Below, in pieces: positions 55,501-64,000 of a DNA stretch of 64,000 bases (position 1 is its first letter; each line of letters starts with the position of its first letter). The stretch covers positions 30,194,001-30,258,000 of the forward strand of contig NC_135668.1 in NCBI RefSeq assembly GCF_964188315.1, in the 5' to 3' direction. The position numbers and the translations under genes were made by a program. The notes below the pieces were generated by a model. It saw nothing but the letters and a program-made list of their open reading frames with translations, had not been told where the DNA came from and made no database searches. The stretch is from Podarcis muralis. Its lineage: Eukaryota.

Positions 55501-57189
55501 ACTGCAGCACAACAGCCCTGCAGTGCTGCCAGGGGGCCTTTCTCTCCGGTGCCTGCCGCCACCCTCCCCACTTACTCCTGCATCCCCAAATGAGAAGGAA
55601 ACTGGGATGCATTAAAGCAACTACTTTTTAAAAATGTTTTGAGCCAGTGGCCTAGCACTTCTCGGTCAAATCTACGCACACAAATTGCTGGGGAAAGCAG
55701 AGCTAGCTAGCTTCCAGCTGCCTTTTCTTTGTCCAAGATCAAAGCAGCTAGCTCATTTCACTGACAGACCCCCTTCATCCAGGAGCTCTGAGACCAACTG
55801 CATCTCTGTTTCCTTATGGGCTACTGATCCTAAACCCAGTAACCTGAATGCCATGCATCTAGGTACATGGGAATTCTATGGCAAACAGACCCACTTCAGC
55901 AGTCAATTTAGGAGACTTTGTTAGGAATAAAAGGGAAGCAGACAGAAAGTTAAAAACAATATAAGATGAACCTTGGTATTATGGCTCTAAACTGAACTAA
56001 CCCTAGCCTATTCACTACATTCACTGTTCAAGTTCACTCATGAAGAATAAGCAAGGCTGTCCTGTGTGGTCTAGTTGAGATTTGGTGAGTGATTGCCAAA
56101 GAATTTGAGATTCCTGCATTGCTGGGATTTAGATTAGATGACCCTGAGGTCCCTAGCAATTCTATGATTCTAAGGAGCAGCTCAGCTTTGTAATCTCCTC
56201 TCCCCTCTCACAGCTCTTCAGATGAAGGGTGGTATACAAATTTAATACAGTAATAACAATAAGCCTGTATTTCTGTGCATTTTCTTGCCTGACATGTAGA
56301 GATCCTGGCTTAGAGATGCAGCACCTTTGTTATGAAGGCGCTCATTTCATTTGACTGCCCATGCCCCGTTGTTACGCAATTCCTTTAGCTATGCTCAGCA
56401 ATGCAACGTGTACATATTGGTTGAAGAGAAGGCAAACTTTTGGCTTAGAGTGGCTGCCCTCACTGAAAAGGGATTACGTGTAGACACAGAATTGAGAGGA
56501 ACAAGAACTCCAGCTTTATGCTAACATGTCATTATGCACCTGTTCATTAGCCAATTGCTAGCACAAATGCAAGTCTTAACTTGAGGGGCACTTGAACAGG
56601 ACCACGTCAACCCATTGCATCACCACCAGGGACTAGCAATGAGCCTGGCCATCACATGCTTGCACACATCACCGCTCACACATCTAGCAGAATCAAGCAG
56701 GGACGGAGTGGTTTTCATGCTCAGCACAGCAGAGTGGTTTAAACCTTTCTCCCCAGCCCAGTGTTATGATGGGGGATACCAGTTTTCCCATCCCTGATAA
56801 TCATATCAGATCATGTGAGGAAGAAGCTGTGATGTCACCAGCTGCTGCCATCTTTGTTGCAGTGGGAAAGCACCTGGCCTGGACTGGACCCTGTATGTAT
56901 GACCAATGCTACCTGATGCCACCTTGGCTTGAGGGGCCAACCATGGTCTACAGGCCAGTGGTCCTTCACCATCCCTGCCTTTTTTTGTATTTGCTATACA
57001 AACACATTTTGATTCTGTAAATTGGGAACCCATTGCTCCCAAAATGTTCTGGCAGCTCTGACCTTCAGAAAGTTATTGCTAATATTTCATCAGAATCTCT
57101 TTTATTGTCACTTGCTTTGGGTCCCACCCTCCAGAGCAGCAGAAAACAAACTTGCTCCATCTTCCATGTAATAACCTTTCAGATATTAA

Positions 57190-57549
57190 AGGTAAAGGGA
57201 CCCCTGACCATTAGGTCCAGTCACGGACGACTCTGGGGTTGCAGTGCTCATCTCACATTTCTGGCTGAGGGAGTTGACGTTTTTCCACAGACAGCTTCTA
57301 GGTCATGTGGCTAGCATGACTAAGCCACTTCTGGCAAACCAGAGCAGCGTACGGAAACGCTGTTTACCTTCCCACTGGAGTGGTACCTATTTATCTACTT
57401 GCACTTGACGTGCTTTCAAAACTGCTAGGTGGGCAGGAGCTGGGACCGAGCAATGGGAGCTCACCCCAGTTGCGGGGATTCGGACCACCAACCTTCCAAT
57501 CAGCAAGCCCTAGGCTCAGTGGTTTAGACCACAGCACCACCTGTGTCCC
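57190..57549 (-). mobile_element. Sauria SINE inserted in a CR1 fragment
   Basis: Reverse complement matches the 21277 copy. Flanked by TTCAGATATTA (57178-88, 57563-73). CR1 sequence continues to ~57850 on the minus strand. Confidence 0.88.
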
Positions 57550-58009
57550 CTGAACACCCATGTTCAGATATTAGAAGATGGCTATCATATCACCTCTCAA
57601 GTTTCTTCTTCTCCAGGCTAAACATACCCAGCTCCCTCAACTGTTCCTCATAAGGTTTGGGTTCCAGCCCCTTGATCATTTTGGTTGCCCTCCTCTGCAC
57701 ATGTTCCAGCTTCTCAATATGCTCCTTAAATTGTAGTGGCCAGAACTGAACACGGGACTCCAGGTAGGGTCTGATCAAGGCAGAATAGAACAGCACTATT
57801 ACTTCTCTTGATCTAGACACTAGATTTCTGCTGATGCAGCCTAGTATTGCACTAGCTGGATCACAGTTAACTCATGCATGCTAAGGTTTTGATCTACCAA
57901 GACTCCTCGCTCCTTTTCAAGCCAGATGTCCCTCATTCTATATAGTGTGCAACTGAATATTCCTTGCTAGGTGTGGAACTGTACATTTGTCCCTATTGAG
58001 ATTTTCTCT

Positions 58010-58495
58010 ATTGTGCAGAGGATGGCAACCAAGATGATCAAGGGTCTATAAGCCAAGACTTATGAGGAACATTTGAAGGAGTTGGGTAGCTTTAGCCTGG
58101 AAAAGAGACTGATAGGAGATACAATAGCCATTTTCAAATATCCTATGGGCTGTCACATGGAAGATGGAGCAAGCTTGTTTTCTCCTGCCTGGAGGGGAGA
58201 TGTTTTATTATTTTATTTATCAAATTTATATACCGCCCTATATCCATGAACAAATGGCTTCAAGTTACAAGAAAGGAAATTCTGACTAAACATCAGGAAG
58301 AACTTTCTGACAGTAAGCACTGTTCAACAGTGGAATGGTGTCCCTCAGGAGGTTGTGCACTCTCCTCCTTTAGAGGTTCTTAAGCAGAGGTTGCATGGCC
58401 GTCTGTCATGGATGCTTTAGTTGACATTCCTGTGTTGCAGGGGGCTGAACTAGATGACCCTTGGATTCCCTTCCAACTCTATGATTGTATGAGGT
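58010..58495 (+). mobile_element. CR1 LINE 3' end
   Basis: gcaaccaagatgatcaagggtct...aacatcaggaagaactttctgacagta...ccttccaactctatgatt tail. Confidence 0.85.
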
Positions 58496-58965
58496 ATTAG
58501 CCTCCCAGTTTGATGTCAAATTTGATGAGCACCCCCTCTATTCCTTAATTCAAGTCATTTATAACGATATCGAACAACACTGGGCCCTGGAAAAAACCCT
58601 GTGGCACCCCATTTGTCACTTTTCCAGGATGATGAGGCACTGTTGGTGAGCATTCTTTTGGTCAGACAACCAGCTATAAATCCACCCTAACAGAAACATT
58701 GTCTAACCCACGTTTCACCATTAATGTCTTGGTGTTTTAAAGTCCAAATTGGTAGTAGAATTTGTGGTTTTTTAAAAAGTCTGGTAATAAAGCAAGTTAA
58801 GTTATAGTACAATATACCCCCACTACACGGCAAGGGAGTTCCATGTTTGAAACCCCAGATATCACTCTTATAATATGTATGCCACATAAAGTGCAGTCAG
58901 GTACACATGTAGGTTTGGCAACACCTTTAGTAAGTGTACAGTTTTGATGTGCCTACAGTTCAATC

Positions 58966-59186
58966 CAGTGGCAGAGCTTCATGCTCCGGCATGGGGGGGG
59001 GGGGCAGAGAGCAGGTGGGGCGGAGCTGACGTGCCACCCGCAGGGACGTGGCGCATGTCCCAGGAGTGTGGCACCCAGCACACACGGGGGGGGGGGGGGG
59101 AGGAGGGGAGCCACAATGGCACCCTGCCGGGATTGTGCTTCTGGGGAGCAGTGTGCTCCCCCCGCACTCCTCTTCTTCTGCCAGTG
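58966..59186. mobile_element. hAT MITE, 221 bp
   Basis: TIRs CAGTGGCAGA / TCTGCCAGTG and perfect TSD GTTCAATC (58958-65, 59187-94). Confidence 0.85.
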
Positions 59187-60096
59187 GTTCAATCATCTGA
59201 TGCTGACAGGAGCCCAACTCTGCCAAAAGTCTATCAAGGCACAAATGGCTCCCTTTCCACTTCAAGGAAAGAGTCAGAGCTGAGCAAAACTCTCTGATCT
59301 CACCTAGTTTCATGAGGTGCTGCTTGCACATGCTGCCCAGCTAGAAATGTTTCCTTTCAGGTATCTGCACCCTTTGCCATTTTGGTTTCAGAAACAAGTA
59401 TAGCATCCTCTCCGGCTAGTAACTGGTTGCAAATCCCCCCATGTTAGTTGAAAACATGTCAGAAGCAAAGCCTTTGGAGAAAGGCCACAGCCCAGTGGTG
59501 GAGCAGCTGCTTTGCATGCAGAAGGTCACAGGTTCAAACCACAGCAGCACCTTCAGCTAAAATGATCCGGTAGTGGGCAATGAAAACAACCAGCTTCTCT
59601 GGCAGAGACCCTCTTAAGAGCTACAGCCAGCAAAAGTAAATGTACCAAGCTATATTAGGCAGCTGCCTACATATCTTCCCAGCAGGGGGTGCTGCGGTCC
59701 TATCTGGTTTTGGGTCTCCGCACACACCCTGCTCCAATTCCCCTTTCCTAGCTGTCTTCCCAATTGCTGTGGGGGACTGAGGGGAAAGACCAAAGCAATT
59801 TCTTATCACCTGAGCAAAGAACAGAACTATGCCGTGAGTCTTACTGTCACAGGAATTTGGGTGAGGTGGAAGAGCAAATAAGAACCAGAAAGGCCTTAGT
59901 TCCAAAGAGTTATAAAGTGGTCAGATCTTTAATAAAAACATTTGAAGGCACAGCCTATCAGTGTCCGCTTGGGAAGAGGGGGGAAACGGGAGGAGAGAAG
60001 CCACCACCCCTTCATTCTAAAAAGCTGCCTCCTGGGAAGCCGAGCCTGCCAGTGTCCATCTCTGCAGGGAAGGGCATCCCACTCAGCTGCTGGCCC

Positions 60097-61738
60097 TCAG
60101 CCCAAGAAGCGCAGGCCAGCCATCCCTGAGAAACCCAGCAGCACAGCAAGGACTTTGAGCAGGCGCCTGGCAGGATCGTTCAGCTCCTGAGGCAAGATTT
60201 CCAGGAAGGTGATGTACATGAAGGTCCCGGCAGCCACGCCTTCCAGCACACTCCGGGTCATGGTGGGACTGCCGCTTGCATCAGGACTCTGCATCACAGC
60301 CATGCCCAGCCCCACACCCAGAGGGGACATCAGCGCGAAGGTGATGATGGAGGCTGCCAGCCAGCGCAGGGGGAGGCGGCTCTGGAGCAGCAGCAGGGCC
60401 AAGCTGGCAGCGATGATGGTCTTGTGGAGGAGAATGGCCACAGCCAGCTGGAGGACCTTTGATTCTGTGTCTTGCAGGCCCACCGCCAGGCCCTCAAACA
60501 CTGAGTGGAAGGAGAGAGAGAGGGTCAGCACCAGGGAGCGGAAGGACGAGGGTGCTTTGGTGTCCCCCGTGTGGCAGTGGGGGGTCCCCGCCTCCAAGCG
60601 CGGCTGCTGCTGCTGCTCAGCCAGGCTGCCCTCTTCGCCGTGTGGGGGAGAGGGGCAAGGCAAGAGGGGCAGGGAGGCCTCATCCCCCTGCTGCTCGCTG
60701 CAGGCCAGGATGATGTGCTCTAGGACCAGGACCAGCAGGAAGCCCAGCGCCAGGACCAGTTCGGGCATCGGGAAGTCCAGCTGTGGGGCAGGGAAGAAAA
60801 GGGAGGCACCATCAGGTTAGGAGAGAAACCGTTCCCTCGAGGCCCCGACACCCACCCAAGGGCGTCTCCCCTGGAGCCAGGAGAGCCAAACCACCAAAGG
60901 AGCTCCAGAGCCTCTGGGCTCCTGAGAATTCTTCCCCAGAGCTGCAACAACCCCTATCTTGGGAATTAAACAGGAAAGGTTTCAGGTAAATGAATGCTTG
61001 GCTACTGCTTTCAGAAGGTCACAGGGCAGCCCTGGTGTGCTTAATATGGAGGGGAGGTAAGCAGCCCATTTGAAGACCACCTAACCTTTCCCACAGGGCA
61101 TGGGGCAAATCTGAGAGCAACTCAGGCCTTTGTCCAGTCAACATCTCGCGGCCTCTTCCCTGCACCATCAAGCATAGGAGCGTGTGAGTCAGCTTAGCCC
61201 CATCACATGCTGTCTCGCAAAAGCTGGGCGGGCAGGGCCAGCGGGACTCCGGCGACCAGCAGCGCCAGCAAGATGTTCGCTGGAGCCCCCCTCCCCACTT
61301 TTAGTTCGGGGGCTGCAGCCCGTGATGCGGCTCCAACCCTCCGGGCCCGGTCACAGTGTCCTGATCCCCCGCCCTACTCTTCCCTGCTCGGTACCGGGGG
61401 AATCTGTTGGCTCAGGTCCTCGCGCAGGTCGGCCAGCGAGTCCGGCACGATGTCCAGCAGGCAAGCGGACAGGAAGACGCCACCGGCTGCGCAGCTCAGG
61501 ACGCCCCGCCAGCGCGCAAAGAAGCCTGCGGAGGGAGAAAGAAAAGCGGGCGCTGAGAGGGGGGGGGGGAGGAGCCCGGCCGCGACCCGCGCCCAGCTCT
61601 GCCCTGCTCTCTCCCTCACTCACCGGTCCCGCCAGCCCCCCGGAGGCTGAGAAGGACGGCAGGCAGGAGGCCGCAGAGAAGCGGCAGCAGCGCCAGCCCC
61701 AGCAGGCAGCCCAGCTTCAGAACCTGCAGCGAGCCCAT
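60097..61738 (-). CDS. ZIP (SLC39A) subfamily II zinc transporter, ZIP1/2/3-like, 309 aa, 3 exons
   Basis: complement(join(60097..60780,61395..61525,61624..61738)) = 930 nt in frame. Motifs CAAGGVFLSACLLD, TM4 LSFHSVFEGLAVGLQ, TM5 LLHK, and GTFMYITFLEILPQEL. Confidence 0.92.
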
Positions 61739-61749
61739 GGCGCAGCCTG

Positions 61750-61880
61750 GCCCACGCGCCCCGCCCCGCCCGCGCCGAGGGGTATTTAAACCTTCGCGCC
61801 ACGTGATGGGTACCGCCCATTGGTGGGCGCCGATTGGCCGACTGCCGCCTATGGGGCGGGGCTCGCGCCCACGTGCACCA
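61750..61880 (-). promoter_or_regulatory. Compact TATA-type promoter of the ZIP gene
   Basis: TTTAAATA at 61783-90, CACGTG at 61800-05 and 61870-75, CCAAT boxes at 61819-23 and 61833-37, GC box at ~61853-62. Confidence 0.65.
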
Positions 61881-62058
61881 GGCTAGGGCCGGGAGCGTGG
61901 CTGCGGGCTCACTTCTCAGCAGCTTTATCTCCACCCGAGGGGGAAATTATGACGGTGGAGCGGACTTTGACCCCGAGAGCAGAGGTGGCCTCCCTTACGC
62001 GTCTCTCCTCTGGCCCCTTGGCACCCGCTGGCCAGAGCTATGGACAAGAGGAGTAGCT

Positions 62059-62148
62059 CATAGCTGTCAACGTTTTCCTTTTTTTAAGGGAAATTCCCTT
62101 ATCCCGAATAGGATTCCTCGCAAGAAAAGGGAAAAGTTGACAGCTATG
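62059..62148. mobile_element. 90-bp MITE with 13-bp TIR and perfect 9-bp TSD
   Basis: CATAGCTGTCAAC / GTTGACAGCTATG. TSD GGAGTAGCT (62050-58, 62149-57). Confidence 0.92.
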
Positions 62149-63049
62149 GGAGTAGCTGCAGAGGCAAGGGGGCGTCATCTGGTTCTGTAGCCTCTGCTAC
62201 CAGAGGCCCCCATGGGAGGGAGCCCGCAGGCAGGGCCAGAACAGCCCCTTCCCCTCCTGGCCATCTAAGAGCATAAGGAGAGCCTGCTGGATCAGGCCCG
62301 TGGACCATCTAGTTCAGCATTCTGTTCTCACAGTGGCTGACTAGATTCTCCCAATGGGAACACCTCAAGCAGGATCCTAGCATTCTAGCAAATCTCCCCT
62401 CCTGCAGTTTTCAGCAGTTTCTGCCTTTAGCCATGGAGGCAGAGTGTAGCGATCAATAATAGCCATCGACCACCGTGAGTTTATCTAATGTTCCTTGAAA
62501 GCCATCCGAGTTGGTATCCATCACTGCCACTCCTATTGGAGTGAGTTCCACAGCTGTGTGAAGAAGGACTTCCTTTTATTTGTCTTGAATCTTCCATGTG
62601 CTTCCTTGGGGGTTGGTGAGAGTTGCCTTGAGCTGAGTCAATTTGACCTTTAGCCCAGCCTTGACTGCTGGCAGGGCCAAAGAGCCTCCTCCAGAGTGTG
62701 CAATGGACTGCAACACGAGTCATGGAAAATCTGATTGGGTGGGCTGCAGGGCCATTGGAAGCTTCAGTCCAAGGCGGTGGCGGTGTGGCCACGTGACTTT
62801 GGAACCCTCAGAAGTAGATGAGGGCTGTTTGGCTCTCTGTCCTGTTTGGGTGTGGACTCCATTTAGTGAAGGGAGTCCTTAATGCATCCTCTGGCACTTC
62901 TTCCCAGAAGAGAGGTCTGCCAGGCCTGCTTTGTGGGAGCCTTAGTGGTGATGGTGAAAACTTCTCCTTTTCCAACATGTTATCATTTTGTACACTGGAA
63001 TTTACTCTGTTGCATCTATTAGTTTTTAGATTTTAGACACAATCCTATA

Positions 63050-63288
63050 CAGTGGACGTTCGGGTTGCGAACGTGATCTGTGCGGGATGCACGTTCGCAA
63101 CCTGAAGTGGCACGTCTGCGCACGTGCGGGTTGCGATTCGACGTTCATGCGCAAAGCACAATTTAGCGCTTCTGTGCATGTGTGACCCCTGAAACCCGAA
63201 AGTAACCCGTTCCGGTACTTCCGGGTTTCGGCAGGTCCGTAACCCGAAAAAATGCAACCTGTAGCGCCTGTAACCCAAGGTATGACTG
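63050..63288. mobile_element. Tc1/mariner (Tigger-like) MITE
   Basis: TA|CAGTGG...ACTG|TA termini with internal subterminal repeats (gttgcgaac, cgtaacccg). Confidence 0.75.
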
Positions 63289-64000
63289 TACTCGAATTCT
63301 GACAGTTTGTGAGCTACAGCAAAGGCACCTCTGTGTTAGTGTAACTTAAGATACCTTACATCTCCATCACTTCATACAGAGACAGGAAACTTGTGGCCCT
63401 GCAGATGTTGCTAGACTCCAGCTCCCATCACCCCTGATTGTTGGACATGCTAGCTTGAGCTGTTGGGAGTTAAACTGGAGGGTCTCAGGTGCTTTGTCCC
63501 AAACAAGCTATGCCACTACAACGCTGCAGTGCAACTCTGCTGATACAAAATCTTATGCCACTTAAATCTCCATTCAGGTTTCCCACATCAGAGTGGGTGG
63601 CTTATGTTAAAAGGCATCCGTTGAGCAGAGTGGTGTATTGGTCTAGAGTTGGAGTCAGAGATCCTTTCCTATTTCTGCAGCAGAGTAGCTGCCATCTTCA
63701 GCCTCCTAGAGCTGCCCCTTCAGCTCCAAAGGGGAGCTTTTCAGCTACTGTGTGCTCCAAAGTCAAGGGCAGAGGAACACTGAAAAGACAAGCCAGGCTT
63801 CCATTTCAAGAGAACAGGCTGCAAGTTCTGTTATGCGCAAGGGATCTTCACAGGAAGCACAACTTAAAACACACCAAAGGAATGTACTGAAGTACTTCAA
63901 GGCATTTGCCCATGTACGTGCACAGAAAATAGTAGATTTATCTGGGAAGCAGCACATGGAAATCTGCACTGGTTGTTGCAATGCATTCCTCATTACTGCA

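Noticed and set aside
62818-63993. Short ORFs at the window end, one with a signal-peptide-like start
   Set aside because: Early stop, no recognisable family, and interrupted by a MITE. Cannot be supported as a gene.

Overview
Vertebrate genomic DNA, almost certainly a squamate and probably a lacertid-type lizard (Sauria SINEs, tRNA-derived SINEs, CR1/L2/L1 fragments, many hAT and Tc1/mariner MITEs). The window is syntenic with human 15q15.3. Gene order: MFAP1(+), HYPK(-), SERINC4(+), SERF2(-), an FKBP8-family gene(-), ELL3(+), PDIA3(-), and a ZIP1/2/3-subfamily zinc transporter(-). I built all eight gene models exon by exon by hand, and the reading frame is consistent across junctions. Two exons remain uncertain: the first coding exon of SERINC4 and the last exon of the FKBP gene. 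As far as I recall, two intact genes have no counterpart at the human locus. One is an FKBP8 paralogue with FKBP and TPR domains and an intact Hsp90 clamp but apparently no tail anchor; its position next to ELL3 mirrors the human ELL-FKBP8 pair. The other is an extra SLC39A (ZIP) gene. Other notable items: an ELL3 that seems to keep the central ELL region, a GC-AG intron in MFAP1, a solo LTR upstream of MFAP1, a composite palindrome-rich hAT element and a MITE family with 9-bp TSDs. No prokaryotic features, CRISPR arrays, rRNA or genuine tRNA genes were seen. Orthology statements rely on recalled reference proteins, not on database searches.
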